From the NCBI GenBank assembly GCA_051746405.1, contig JBNJFB010000003.1, positions 12,950 to 76,949 on the forward strand: a stretch of DNA of 64,000 nt, read 5' to 3'. The DNA comes from Campylobacterota bacterium (lineage in GTDB: Bacteria > Campylobacterota > Campylobacteria > Campylobacterales > Arcobacteraceae). Below, in pieces: positions 29,633-39,835 of the stretch (within the stretch, counting starts at the first letter, position 1; each line of letters starts with the position of its first letter). The notes below the pieces were generated by a model. That model did no database searches. It was not told the DNA's origin and saw only the letters and a list, made by a program, of their open reading frames with translations. The position numbers and the translations under genes are program-made.

Positions 29633-30824
29633 TTCTTAAAATCTCTTCTATTTTTTGATGTGCTTTTAAATTTGAACTTGTTGGTATTGGATTACCTTGA
29701 TAGTAACTAATACTGCCATCTTTAATTAATAAATATTTACTAACAGGCCTATCAAAGTTTCCCATTGTTATCTCTATTAGTCCAGAGTTTTCTCTATTTT
29801 CAATAATAAAAACATTTTCTATATGTACAAAGTAGTCATCTTCAACCACTGATTTAATAGGAAGATTAGATATGGTTTTATTAAAATCATCTACTGTAAA
29901 ATCAAAACTAAAATCACTAATAATATTTTTTTGTTCATCAGTACTATTGGCTTGTAAAATTACATCATAAATATTTTTGCCCTGTTTTTTCCATCTATCT
30001 TCATACTTACTACTTACATCTAAATCTTTATTAATATCTATTGTGATTTTTCCTTTTGGTAGATTAGTTAATAACTCTAAAGAGTAGTCAAAATATTTTC
30101 TACTATCTGTTCTTAGCTCTAATGTACCCATTGGTTTCAAAACTCTTAGTGATTCATTTACAAACTCACTTGAATAGACTCTTCTATGGGGTTTTTTATC
30201 CCATGGAACTGGAAAATGTACAAATACTCTTCCAACTTTATTTGACTGTATAAACTCCATAAAGAGTCTTGCATCATAATTAACTACAAGTACATTTTTT
30301 ATCTCTTGAATTTCAAGTTGCTTTAGTAACTGCTCGATTGAAGGTGTATGTATTTCTAAACCTATAAATTGAGTCTCAGGATTATTTTTTGCTTGGTGTA
30401 TTAGATGTCTTCCACTACCAAATCCCACCTCTATTTGAATCTCTTTTGTGGTTTCAAAACTATTTACAAAAAAATCTATATCTTTTAAATATTGACTTTT
30501 AAGCTTTGTTTTATTTGAAATATTACTTGTATTTGAAAAAACAGTATCAGCATCAATTGCTTTTATATAAGCATTTAATGCATCTTTTATAGTAGATACA
30601 GGTGATACTCTTGTCACTTTATCAAATTTTACCATTAGATTCTCATCTTTTGGTTTAATAGATAGCAAAAAATCTCTATTTTCATTATTTACAGCAATTT
30701 TATACTCTGTATTTCTAGTTTTGTTTGTAAAGTTATAGGACTTTGCTGTAAACTTAAAATCAACACCATCTATAGTTGATGGTGTGTTTAATATATCTTT
30801 TTTTTTATAAATTATATGAGGCAT
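29625..30824 (-). CDS. trmB: tRNA (guanine-N7)-methyltransferase
   Basis: EVGFGSGRHL, GLEIH, HFPVPWDKKPHRR, LRTD. Confidence 0.93.
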   Translation of the reverse strand: MPHIIYKKKDILNTPSTIDGVDFKFTAKSYNFTNKTRNTEYKIAVNNENRDFLLSIKPKDENLMVKFDKVTRVSPVSTIKDALNAYIKAIDADTVFSNTSNISNKTKLKSQYLKDIDFFVNSFETTKEIQIEVGFGSGRHLIHQAKNNPETQFIGLEIHTPSIEQLLKQLEIQEIKNVLVVNYDARLFMEFIQSNKVGRVFVHFPVPWDKKPHRRVYSSEFVNESLRVLKPMGTLELRTDSRKYFDYSLELLTNLPKGKITIDINKDLDVSSKYEDRWKKQGKNIYDVILQANSTDEQKNIISDFSFDFTVDDFNKTISNLPIKSVVEDDYFVHIENVFIIENRENSGLIEITMGNFDRPVSKYLLIKDGSISYYQGNPIPTSSNLKAHQKIEEILRND

Positions 30825-30828
30825 TTGT

Positions 30829-32103
30829 TTACTGCTTTTTATTGACTTTTGGCAAAATTAATTCTGCTTCGTCTGTTTTTTTAGACATTAACCCATACTC
30901 ATCATTTGCTTGAATAGAGTATTTATACTGAACTCCATTTATAATATTATGATCTTCAAATCTTAACTCTTTTATATCTGTGAACTTTTCAGTTTTACTT
31001 TCCCAAAAACCTGTTTTTGTTGTTTTATATATATTGTATGAAACAGCTCTATTATCCCCTGCAATCCAGTTTAATATAGCTTTATCACCTTGTATTTGAG
31101 CAAGAGTCATATTGGGTTTTGCAGGTTTATCAAGTGTTTTTCCCATCTTTGAATCAACATCTGCACTTCTTAAATAATCTTCATCAATAGAGTAAACCTT
31201 ATAGTAATATATCTTACCATCTTCATCTATATGGTCTGTAAAATCTAAACTATTTTTACTAAACTCTTTATGTTTACTAAAGCCAATGTTCTCAAAAGGG
31301 CTTCTATAAATAACGTATTTTAGGATATCTTCAGTTGGACTTGGGTCCCAATTTAAAACGATTTTTTTAGGTTTATCTTTTGTAATAGTAAGGTTCCTTA
31401 CACTAATAGGTAAAGGCTTTGTTGTAGCTGTTACTATCTTGCTTGGTTGTGTTTCAATATCTTCAAAAGTATAAGCAATAACTCTATATTTAAATGTTTT
31501 ATTATCACCTAAGTTTGTATCAATATATTCAGAATTAAGCCGACCTTCTATTGTTTTTAGTGTTTTCCATTTATTGCTTTTTACATTTAGTTTTTGAACA
31601 TCATAGTAAGCAACCCTTAAATCAGGGTGTGGTCTCCATACGATTTTTATTCTATTTGGCAAATCAGAAATACCTTGAACAAAACTTACAGGTAAAGCTC
31701 TTGGAGATGTTTTTACAACTTTTGCTTTTGTACTTTTTGATTCCATGCCATTTCTAGCTTTTGCAGACATTTGGTAAATATATTTAGTATTTGGTTCTAG
31801 TTTAGTATCAACAAAGTGAGTTGTATATCTATTGTCAAGGGTTTCAATTAATCTAAGTTTCCTACCATCTTTGTGCATATTTGCTCTGTAAAAGTTATAT
31901 CCAACTACGCGTGGATCATCTACTTTCTTCCACTCAAATGCAATTGAGGTAATATCAGAAATTGTTTTTACTGAATTTTCATCAACTTTTTTAATAGTAT
32001 CATCAATCTTAGGTTTAATAGGTGTGTCTAAATTGCTTAAATTACAGCCACTAATTAAAAGTGTTAAAGCTGCTAATGATGCTGTTTTCATCAATAATGT
32101 CAT
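30829..32103 (-). CDS. Fibronectin type III lipoprotein (FlpA-like)
   Basis: Lipobox LISGC and repeated FN3 W...Y...L.P.T.Y.Y patterns. Confidence 0.85.
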   Translation of the reverse strand: MTLLMKTASLAALTLLISGCNLSNLDTPIKPKIDDTIKKVDENSVKTISDITSIAFEWKKVDDPRVVGYNFYRANMHKDGRKLRLIETLDNRYTTHFVDTKLEPNTKYIYQMSAKARNGMESKSTKAKVVKTSPRALPVSFVQGISDLPNRIKIVWRPHPDLRVAYYDVQKLNVKSNKWKTLKTIEGRLNSEYIDTNLGDNKTFKYRVIAYTFEDIETQPSKIVTATTKPLPISVRNLTITKDKPKKIVLNWDPSPTEDILKYVIYRSPFENIGFSKHKEFSKNSLDFTDHIDEDGKIYYYKVYSIDEDYLRSADVDSKMGKTLDKPAKPNMTLAQIQGDKAILNWIAGDNRAVSYNIYKTTKTGFWESKTEKFTDIKELRFEDHNIINGVQYKYSIQANDEYGLMSKKTDEAELILPKVNKKQ

Positions 32104-33037
32104 CTAAGGTCTCCATTTGAAAATTATTATTTAAAAAATTATTTATATCTTTGGGTAAATCTGCTTTAAAACTCATTTTTTCATTTGTAATTGGATGAGT
32201 TAAGTATAGATTATAAGCATGCAGATAAAATCTATTTATTTTATTTAAATTGCCCTTAAAACCATATAAATTATCACCTAATATATGCCTATTTATCGAA
32301 GCTAGATGAACTCTAATTTGATGTGTTCTTCCTGTGAATAGTTTTGCTGCAATTAGTTCAAATTTCTCATTTTTACTTAAAGCTAACTTTAAAAACTTAG
32401 ATTTTGCATATTTACCATTTTCAAATACTCCCATTTTTAACCTATTATTAGGATTTCTACTTATTGGTTTTTCAATTATAAGATTATCTTTTAGTGGTAA
32501 ATCAATTATTGCAAGATAGTATCTTCCCATTGATTTATCTTCAAGCTGTTTTGATAAACCCAAGTGAGCCTCGTTTGTTTTAGCAACAACCATTACACCA
32601 CTAGTTCCTTTATCTAGCCTATGAACTATACCATGCCTTTGTTCACCACTAATAGTAGATAAAGATATGTTTCTAAGCTTTAACCAATCAACTAAAGTAG
32701 CATCTTTAACACTTGGTGCATCGTGTACTGTAAGGTTGTAAGGTTTATTTAACACTAAAATATAATCGTCTTCATAAATTACTTGTACACATTTATCTTT
32801 TAGTGACTCTTCAATAAACTCTCTATTTTTTATTGGGTTTATTTGTGCTTGAGGAAAGTTTACACTAACTTCTTGATTCACTTTTAGTTTTAAACCTGTT
32901 TTTTTATTAAGGTTACCATCTACTTTTACAAACTCTTTTTTTATGAGTTGTTCTATTTGGTTTCTTGATGCATCAATATTTGATGCTAGAAACTTATCAA
33001 GTCTATTTTCTTCTTGAACAATAAAGTTTTTATTCAT
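32051..33037 (-). CDS. RluA/RluD-family pseudouridine synthase
   Basis: S4-like RLDKFL, GIVHRLDKGTSG, TGRTHQIRVH. Confidence 0.93.
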   Translation of the reverse strand: MNKNFIVQEENRLDKFLASNIDASRNQIEQLIKKEFVKVDGNLNKKTGLKLKVNQEVSVNFPQAQINPIKNREFIEESLKDKCVQVIYEDDYILVLNKPYNLTVHDAPSVKDATLVDWLKLRNISLSTISGEQRHGIVHRLDKGTSGVMVVAKTNEAHLGLSKQLEDKSMGRYYLAIIDLPLKDNLIIEKPISRNPNNRLKMGVFENGKYAKSKFLKLALSKNEKFELIAAKLFTGRTHQIRVHLASINRHILGDNLYGFKGNLNKINRFYLHAYNLYLTHPITNEKMSFKADLPKDINNFLNNNFQMETLDDIIDENSIISSFNTFN

Positions 33038-33056
33038 ATTTAGATACTCTTTCATT

Positions 33057-34163
33057 ATGCGTTTATTTGATAAGAGAATTATATCCCATTTTGATTATTT
33101 AATTATTATATTTGTTTTACCTTTGGTGTTTTTATCACACCATTTAATAAGTGAAACAAATGAAATATTAGCAAAGAAACAATTAATTTACTTTGCACTA
33201 TCAATTTTAGCTTTTGCTATTGTTTTTATTTTACCTATTAGAAAAAAAATTAGATTAATTCCATTTTTCTACTGGCTTGGTATTGCTCTTTTGGTAGCAG
33301 TGGAGTTTTGGGGTGTAACAAAACTAGGTGCAACAAGATGGCTGCCTGTGCCATTTTTAGATACCACAATGCAACCCTCTGAATTAATTAAACCAGTTTT
33401 TATACTTATGCTTGGATATTTAATACATAACAACCCACCACCAAGAACTGGATACAATTTAAAAGATTTTTCTTATCTTTCATTTTATATTATTTTACCT
33501 TTTATTTTGATTGCAAAAGAGCCTGATTTAGGAACTGCAGTTGTATTATTATTGATAGGTTATGGGATTTTATTTATTATTGGAGTAAATTGGAAAATTT
33601 GGGCAACTATTATTTTAATATTAGGTATTACTTCACCTTTTGCATATACTTATTTAATAAAAGATTATCAAAAGAAAAGAATTAAAGACTTTATCTCAGA
33701 AAAACCAAGCTATCATGTTCAACAATCTATTATCGCCATTGGTTCGGGTGGATTAATTGGAAAGGTAAGTGAGGATGCAACACAAACACAGTTGAAATTC
33801 CTACCTATTGCTACAAGTGATTTTATCTTTGCATATTTTGTAGAGAGATATGGTTTCTTAGGGGCATTGGGATTGATTTTTATATATACGTTGCTTATAA
33901 TGCATCTACTTAGTATGAATTATTATTTCAAAGATGATTACGTCATTCGTTCCTTTGCTTCAGGATTAGCTCTTTTGGTTTTTTTTAATATGAGTGTTAA
34001 TCTTTTGATGGTTATTGGTTTTGCTCCTGTTGTTGGCTTACCATTGCCATTGTTTTCATATGGTGGAAGTTCATTTATTACTTTTATAGTTATATTTGCA
34101 ATATTAGAGAATTTATTAGCTTTTAGATATATGGATATGTATAATTATGAGAGGAGATTATAG
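33057..34163 (+). CDS. rodA: Rod shape-determining SEDS protein RodA
   Basis: GATRW, QPSELIK, EPDLGT, SIIAIGSGG, PLFSYGGSS. Confidence 0.9.
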   Translation: MRLFDKRIISHFDYLIIIFVLPLVFLSHHLISETNEILAKKQLIYFALSILAFAIVFILPIRKKIRLIPFFYWLGIALLVAVEFWGVTKLGATRWLPVPFLDTTMQPSELIKPVFILMLGYLIHNNPPPRTGYNLKDFSYLSFYIILPFILIAKEPDLGTAVVLLLIGYGILFIIGVNWKIWATIILILGITSPFAYTYLIKDYQKKRIKDFISEKPSYHVQQSIIAIGSGGLIGKVSEDATQTQLKFLPIATSDFIFAYFVERYGFLGALGLIFIYTLLIMHLLSMNYYFKDDYVIRSFASGLALLVFFNMSVNLLMVIGFAPVVGLPLPLFSYGGSSFITFIVIFAILENLLAFRYMDMYNYERRL

Positions 34164-34167
34164 AAAA

Positions 34168-35019
34168 ATGGAAGCTCAACAAAACAGATTTATAGGTTTT
34201 GAAGATGATTTTTTATCATCAAAAGCAGTTTTATTTGGAGTACCTTTTGATGGTACAACATCTTTTAAGCCAGGTGCAAGATTTGCTCCAAGTGCTATGA
34301 GAGAAGAGTCTTGGGGATTAGAAAGCTATTCACCTTATTTAAATAGGGACTTAGAAGATATAAAACTATTTGATTATGGTAATTTAGAGTTGCCTTTTGG
34401 TGATAAAATAGCTGCATTAAAAATAATAGAAGAGACAACAGATAAAATAGTTTCCTCAAATAAAATTCCTATTATGATAGGAGGAGAGCATTTGGTCTCT
34501 TATGCTACAGTTAAATCACTACATAAAAAGTATAAGAACTTAAAAGTTATACATTTTGATGCCCATACAGATTTAAGAGAAGATTATTTAGGTGAAAGTT
34601 TTTCCCATGCAACTGTATTTAGAAGAGTAGCTGAACTCTTAGATAAAAAAAGTTTGTATCAATTCTGTATTAGAAGTGGTTTAAAAGAGGAGTTTCAATG
34701 GGCTAGTGAGAATATTTATATGGAGAAGTTTACATATAATACACTTGAGAGTAAAGTAGAAGAGTTGATTAAAGAGCCTGTTTATATAACAATCGATTTA
34801 GATGTTTTTGACCCTTCAGTATTTCCAGGAACTGGAACTCCAGAACCTGGGGGAATTGATTTTCATGATATGTTAAAGATTATAAAGATATTATCAAAGT
34901 TAGAAAATACAGTGGGTTTAGATGTGGTAGAGTTAAGTCCAAAATATGACGCAAGTGGTGTTTCAACAGCTGTTGCTTGTAAAACTTTAAGAGAACTAGT
35001 TTTAGCTACAATTAAGTAA
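34168..35019 (+). CDS. speB: Agmatinase
   Basis: PFDGTTSFKPGARFAP, GGEH, DAHTD, IDLDVFDP..FPGTGTPEPGG. Confidence 0.9.
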   Translation: MEAQQNRFIGFEDDFLSSKAVLFGVPFDGTTSFKPGARFAPSAMREESWGLESYSPYLNRDLEDIKLFDYGNLELPFGDKIAALKIIEETTDKIVSSNKIPIMIGGEHLVSYATVKSLHKKYKNLKVIHFDAHTDLREDYLGESFSHATVFRRVAELLDKKSLYQFCIRSGLKEEFQWASENIYMEKFTYNTLESKVEELIKEPVYITIDLDVFDPSVFPGTGTPEPGGIDFHDMLKIIKILSKLENTVGLDVVELSPKYDASGVSTAVACKTLRELVLATIK

Positions 35020-35022
35020 AAT

Positions 35023-35052
35023 ATAAATAAAAGAGTTAACTCTTTTATTTAT
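35023..35052. terminator. Perfect 30-bp palindrome between convergent genes
   Basis: ATAAATAAAAGAGTT|AACTCTTTTATTTAT. Confidence 0.65.
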
Positions 35053-35972
35053 GAATTATCTTTGATGATTTTTTTTACTTCATTTAGTAAATCAACTGAA
35101 GCATCAATTTCAGCTTTTCTAATTGCAACACTTTCAATATTACAGCCAACTGGAATACCTCTTTTTTTACCAAACTTATATAGCTCTTCAAAAATATCCC
35201 TAGATAGTTTTACAGATGCTTCTAAAATATCACCTGATTGTTTTAAGTCCTCTTCTAGGTAGTTTGGTATATTTATTCCAAGCCACTTCATAAAATCAAG
35301 TGTTTTAGTACTTCCACAAGGAGTTAATGTGAAAATAATAGGAACTAAAGGTAGATTATTCTCTTTTGCATATAAAGCATAATCTGTTAAAAATATTTTT
35401 GCAGCTTCTAAATCATAAACACACTGGGTTATGAAAAACTCACAGCTATTTTGAATTTTTGATGCAACTCTTAGATGTTCATCATGTTTTATTGAGTGTC
35501 TTTCAGGAATAGCAATTCCACCTAAACATAAGTTATTATTTACTTCTTGCTTTAGTTTATAAGCCTCCCTTAAAGTTATATTTGTCTGTTGTTCATGTGA
35601 TGCTGCACCTACAAATACTGAGTGAACTTGATTCTGTTTTGTTTCTTCTAGCCAGTTAGAGAACTCCTTGGCTGTATAGTTACCAACTGCTCTATATATT
35701 ATTCTTGGAGTTTCTAACTTTTGCAAATAGTTTTTTGAATACTCACATGGGTTTATGGTTTTTATAAAAGGAAAAGGTCTTTTCTCATTTGTTCTATGTG
35801 ATTCATCTTGAATATCATATAAAACTAAACCATCTACATTTAGTTTTGATACTCTTTGTACATGTGTGTTTGCTATTTGTTGTATCTCTTCTTGGGAATG
35901 TTTTACTTTTGGAGGAGTGACTCCATATAAAATAATTCCTTCTTTCTTATCTCTTATTTTATTTGCTAACAT
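35049..35972 (-). CDS. Methylenetetrahydrofolate reductase-family protein
   Basis: LYGVTPPK, LYDIQDE, GGIAIPERH, FFITQCVYD. Confidence 0.8.
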   Translation of the reverse strand: MLANKIRDKKEGIILYGVTPPKVKHSQEEIQQIANTHVQRVSKLNVDGLVLYDIQDESHRTNEKRPFPFIKTINPCEYSKNYLQKLETPRIIYRAVGNYTAKEFSNWLEETKQNQVHSVFVGAASHEQQTNITLREAYKLKQEVNNNLCLGGIAIPERHSIKHDEHLRVASKIQNSCEFFITQCVYDLEAAKIFLTDYALYAKENNLPLVPIIFTLTPCGSTKTLDFMKWLGINIPNYLEEDLKQSGDILEASVKLSRDIFEELYKFGKKRGIPVGCNIESVAIRKAEIDASVDLLNEVKKIIKDNS

Positions 35973-36041
35973 TAGTAACCTTAATAGATTTTATAAATTT
36001 AGATGTATTTTACTTACTTTTGTTTAAACTATTTTAAAACT

Positions 36042-36734
36042 CTATATATTAGTTTGTCGATTTAGTATAACTTTTAACATTTCAAGGTCATAAATATTAG
36101 CACCACAATCACTTTTATTGGCTTTGACTTTAATTAGTGATTTATTACTTTTGCTTATGTATTCATAAATCAACGTATAATCTTTTTTTAATAACTCTTT
36201 TGTATTAATAGTTTCACATAATGAGTTTTTAATTTGTTCTTTAAAGCTGTTTGTATTAAGTTTGAGTTTATCAAAAATATGACCACTTCCTTCTAGCTCA
36301 TACTTATAGTGTATGGTTTTTTTATCTTTTATTAAACTTTTTAAACTACTAAAACTATTTACTTTTATTGGTAAAGTTTCATTTAAATTCTCAATTTGAA
36401 TTGAGATAAAGTAATCTTCTAAAACATATGATTTAGTTACATTAAAAGCAAGCATCATTACATATATTAAATTTAAAGTTACAAGTAGTTTTGTAAAAAA
36501 AGCAAAAATTTTAGAGCTTTTTTCTCTATTTGCAGTTTTTATAATTAATACAAAAATAAAAATAGAGTAAATAAAATATGTGGCAAATAGTATTAAGTTT
36601 TGAGTTATATTAAAGCTTTCTAGTTTCACACTATAGTTTATAAACTCTAAATCTATTAAATAGTTAAAAATTAGTACAACAAAAATAAAAAGAGACCAAA
36701 AAGTATTTTTTAAAGATAGTTTATTGATTTGCAT
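36042..36734 (-). CDS. Membrane protein with a C-terminal PA3611/GspS-beta-like domain
   Basis: Three TM helices, then NETLPIKV...IHYKY...LC...LLKKDYTLIYEY...SDC. Confidence 0.55.
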   Translation of the reverse strand: MQINKLSLKNTFWSLFIFVVLIFNYLIDLEFINYSVKLESFNITQNLILFATYFIYSIFIFVLIIKTANREKSSKIFAFFTKLLVTLNLIYVMMLAFNVTKSYVLEDYFISIQIENLNETLPIKVNSFSSLKSLIKDKKTIHYKYELEGSGHIFDKLKLNTNSFKEQIKNSLCETINTKELLKKDYTLIYEYISKSNKSLIKVKANKSDCGANIYDLEMLKVILNRQTNI

Positions 36735-36742
36735 TTTTTCTC

Positions 36743-37540
36743 CTAGTAAAGAGTATATATCACATTAAACCTTAATTTTGTGGCAGTTTTAGGTCTAGGA
36801 TAATCTTTATAAGCTATTTTTATAAGCTCAATTGTATATTCATCAAAGACTTCATATCCTGAGCTACTTGTAAGTTTTAAATCACTAATATCACCATTTG
36901 GATGAAAAGTAAATGAGATACTATTTCTTCCTGAAAGTTGTAGTTTTTGAGCAAGTTTTGGATAGCCCATTTTATTTAGTGTTCTTTGTGTAATTGCTTT
37001 AAATGTATTTAGATGTTTTTTTATAAAAGCTTTTTGAACCTTTGTAAATTCATTAAACTCTTGCCCATAAAGTTTTTCTATATCTGAAAGCATTTTTTTA
37101 TTCACAGGCTCTTCTTGTGATAAAAAATTTTCAAGGGTGTTTTCTTGTATTGAGTTTTTTTCTTTTACAATCTGTTCTTTTATTGCTTTTTTTTGAAACT
37201 CTTTAGCTTTTTTTATATTCTCTTTTTTTATTTTTCTCTTTGGCTTTTCTTCTACTTTTGACTCTATCTTTTCCTTTTGCTTTATCTTTTCCTTTGGCTT
37301 TATCTCTTTCTTTTGCTCTATTTTTTCATCTTTTTCTATTTCTTTTTTTATCTGTTTCTTTAGTTTCTCATCTTGTTTTGGCTTTACAAGTTTTACATAT
37401 TTTATATCTGTTTTTTGTTTTTGTTTTTGTTTTTTCTCTTGTGGCTTAATCTTTTTTTCATTTTCTATAAGATTAAAATCCATCAAAAATATAATATGTA
37501 TGATAGCTGATAATAAAAGTGCTGTGATTATTTGTTTCAT
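36743..37540 (-). CDS. TonB-family energy transducer
   Basis: TM helix with SAIIH, Lys/Glu-rich linker, YPKLA..LSG...SSGYEVFD. Confidence 0.85.
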   Translation of the reverse strand: MKQIITALLLSAIIHIIFLMDFNLIENEKKIKPQEKKQKQKQKTDIKYVKLVKPKQDEKLKKQIKKEIEKDEKIEQKKEIKPKEKIKQKEKIESKVEEKPKRKIKKENIKKAKEFQKKAIKEQIVKEKNSIQENTLENFLSQEEPVNKKMLSDIEKLYGQEFNEFTKVQKAFIKKHLNTFKAITQRTLNKMGYPKLAQKLQLSGRNSISFTFHPNGDISDLKLTSSSGYEVFDEYTIELIKIAYKDYPRPKTATKLRFNVIYTLY

Positions 37541-37657
37541 TGGAAAAATTATAATAAAAGATTACTAATAGTAGGTTAATTATTAATAAAAAGGCTTTAC
37601 TATTTCATAAATATTTTTTAGATATGCTATGATAAACTAAAATTAATAGGATGTTTA

Positions 37658-38938
37658 ATGTTTGATAACTCAATTAAAGCGTATAAAGAAGCAAAAGAGG
37701 TTATACCAGGTGGCGTTGACTCACCTGTAAGAGCTTTTAAAAGTGTTGGTGGAACACCTCCTTTTATTCAAAAAGGAGAGGGTGCTTATCTTTTTGATAT
37801 AGATGGAAATAGATATGTTGATTTTGTACAAAGTTGGGGACCTTTAATTTGGGGACATGCAAATAAAGAGATTGAAGAAGCTGTTATAAATACTGCAAAA
37901 CAAGGTCTTTCCTTTGGTGCTCCAAGTGTATTAGAAACACAGTTAGCAAAAGAGATTGTTGATCTATTTGATAATATTGATAAATTAAGATTTGTAAATA
38001 GTGGAACAGAGGCTGTAATGTCTGCTATTAGATTAGCAAGAGGTGTTACTAAAAAAAATGCAATTTTAAAGTTTGAGGGGTGTTATCATGGTCACTCTGA
38101 TTCATTATTAGTTCAAGCAGGTTCAGGATTAGCTACATTTGGTGATCCAAGTTCTCCAGGAGTGCCAGCTGATTTAACTAAGCATACACTAGTTAGTGAA
38201 TATAATAATATTGAAAGCTTAAAAAAATGTTTTGAACAAAGTGATGATATTGCTTGTGTTATTATTGAGCCAGTAGCTGGAAATATGGGATTAGTTCCTG
38301 CATCAGTTGAGTTTTTAGAAGCTTGTAGAGAGCTTTGTGATAAGCACGGGGCTTTATTAATTTATGATGAAGTTATGAGTGGGTTTAGAGTATCTTTAAA
38401 AGGAGCAAGTGGAGTATTAAAGCCACAAGCAGATATTATTACCTTTGGAAAAGTAATTGGTGCAGGTATGCCAGTTGGTGCGTTTGCAGCTAGTAGTGAA
38501 ATAATGTCTCACTTATCACCTGATGGAGCTGTTTATCAAGCAGGAACATTAAGTGGAAATCCAGTTGCAATGGCAGCAGGTTTAGCAAGTATTAAAAAAC
38601 TAAAAGCAAACCCAGAGGTTTATGATGATTTATCAAGAAAAGCTAAGAAGTTAGTTGATGGTTTAAAAGAGGTTGCAACTCAAAATGGAATATTACTGCA
38701 AGTAAATACAAGAGGTTCTATGTTTGGCTTCTTTTTTAATGAAAATGAGCCTAAAAACTTTAAAGAAGTAGGAACTAGTAACTTTGACTATTTTTCAAAA
38801 TTTCACCATGAAATGATAAAAAAAGGTTTCTATTTTGCTTGTTCACAATATGAAGCAGGATTTATGTGTGATGCCATAAGTGATGAAGATATTGAAAACT
38901 GTATTAGCGCTGCATCAGACGTTATGAAAAATTTATAA
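37658..38938 (+). CDS. hemL: Glutamate-1-semialdehyde 2,1-aminomutase
   Basis: [35 protein letters not shown]. Confidence 0.97.
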   Translation: MFDNSIKAYKEAKEVIPGGVDSPVRAFKSVGGTPPFIQKGEGAYLFDIDGNRYVDFVQSWGPLIWGHANKEIEEAVINTAKQGLSFGAPSVLETQLAKEIVDLFDNIDKLRFVNSGTEAVMSAIRLARGVTKKNAILKFEGCYHGHSDSLLVQAGSGLATFGDPSSPGVPADLTKHTLVSEYNNIESLKKCFEQSDDIACVIIEPVAGNMGLVPASVEFLEACRELCDKHGALLIYDEVMSGFRVSLKGASGVLKPQADIITFGKVIGAGMPVGAFAASSEIMSHLSPDGAVYQAGTLSGNPVAMAAGLASIKKLKANPEVYDDLSRKAKKLVDGLKEVATQNGILLQVNTRGSMFGFFFNENEPKNFKEVGTSNFDYFSKFHHEMIKKGFYFACSQYEAGFMCDAISDEDIENCISAASDVMKNL

Positions 38939-38948
38939 GAGAGATATA

Positions 38949-39281
38949 ATGAGCGAAAAAAAAGAGAATACAACATCACCAAAACATCAAAGTAAACTTC
39001 AAGCGTTAGATAATATGTCACTTGGAATATCTATGGTTGTAGCCATTGCAATAGGTTTTGCAATTGGTTATGGCCTAAAAGAGCTTACAGGCTATACATG
39101 GACATTGTGGCTTGGAGTTTTTTGGGGTGTTGCAGCAGCAATTTTAAACTTAACAAAAGCATATAAAAGAGCCCAAAAAGAGTATGAGGGCTTAGAAAAT
39201 GACCCACGATATGCCCATAGAGCTAAGTATGGAGACAGTGGGAAAAATGATGATGACGATGAGGATGATTATGGTAAGTAA
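38949..39281 (+). CDS. AtpZ/AtpI-family membrane protein
   Basis: SLGISMVVAIAIG..IGYGL..WLGVFWGVAAAILN. Confidence 0.8.
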   Translation: MSEKKENTTSPKHQSKLQALDNMSLGISMVVAIAIGFAIGYGLKELTGYTWTLWLGVFWGVAAAILNLTKAYKRAQKEYEGLENDPRYAHRAKYGDSGKNDDDDEDDYGK

Positions 39282-39819
39282 GCAAATAAAAGATTTTGCT
39301 AAGCTCTTTTTACTTTTAGATTTTTGTTTAATTATCTATTCACTTATCTTTGAAAGTTATCATTGGCTACTAAATGCACAGGTTGCATTTGTAGCTTCAT
39401 TAATAATTACATTAGGTACATACTACTCATATAAAAGAAATATTAGTAATAGGTTATCTAATATGCAGCAGACAAAAGGTGAGTATATAAATGATGAAAG
39501 GGATAAAATAGATGAGATTGACGATCCTTATGATTTATATAGCGAATATGAAGAGATTCCTAAAGAGGATTTAACACCTGAAAAAATTAAAGAGATTTTA
39601 AAAGATGAAAAATCTAAATTAAAAAAAGACTCTTTAAAAAATACACTTTTTTCTGCATCTGGATTTTTATCTATTTATAGACTATTTGGATATACTTTTT
39701 TAATAGTGGGTTTCTTAGCACTAAATAACAATAGTATATTTATTCCTATGGCTTTTTTAATAGGCTTAGGAGTAGTTCCACTAGGAGTATTAGCCTCTAA
39801 GCTTATCATAAAAGCTTAA
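39271..39819 (+). CDS. Conserved membrane protein
   Basis: Four TM helices with an acidic loop (DDPYDLY); start at the ATG at 39271 with a GAGG SD. Confidence 0.75.
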   Translation: MVSKQIKDFAKLFLLLDFCLIIYSLIFESYHWLLNAQVAFVASLIITLGTYYSYKRNISNRLSNMQQTKGEYINDERDKIDEIDDPYDLYSEYEEIPKEDLTPEKIKEILKDEKSKLKKDSLKNTLFSASGFLSIYRLFGYTFLIVGFLALNNNSIFIPMAFLIGLGVVPLGVLASKLIIKA

Positions 39820-39835
39820 AGGTTAACTATTTAGA

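Noticed and set aside
29625..30824. Long TrmB (and long DapD at 16258-17445) as novel fusions
   Set aside because: Extended forms are, to my knowledge, the normal versions in Campylobacterota.
37170..37460. T-rich low-complexity tract as a repeat element
   Set aside because: It encodes the Lys/Glu-rich TonB linker on the minus strand.
37545..37590. Fur box upstream of the tonB-like gene
   Set aside because: Only a loose AT-rich resemblance that cannot be told from background.
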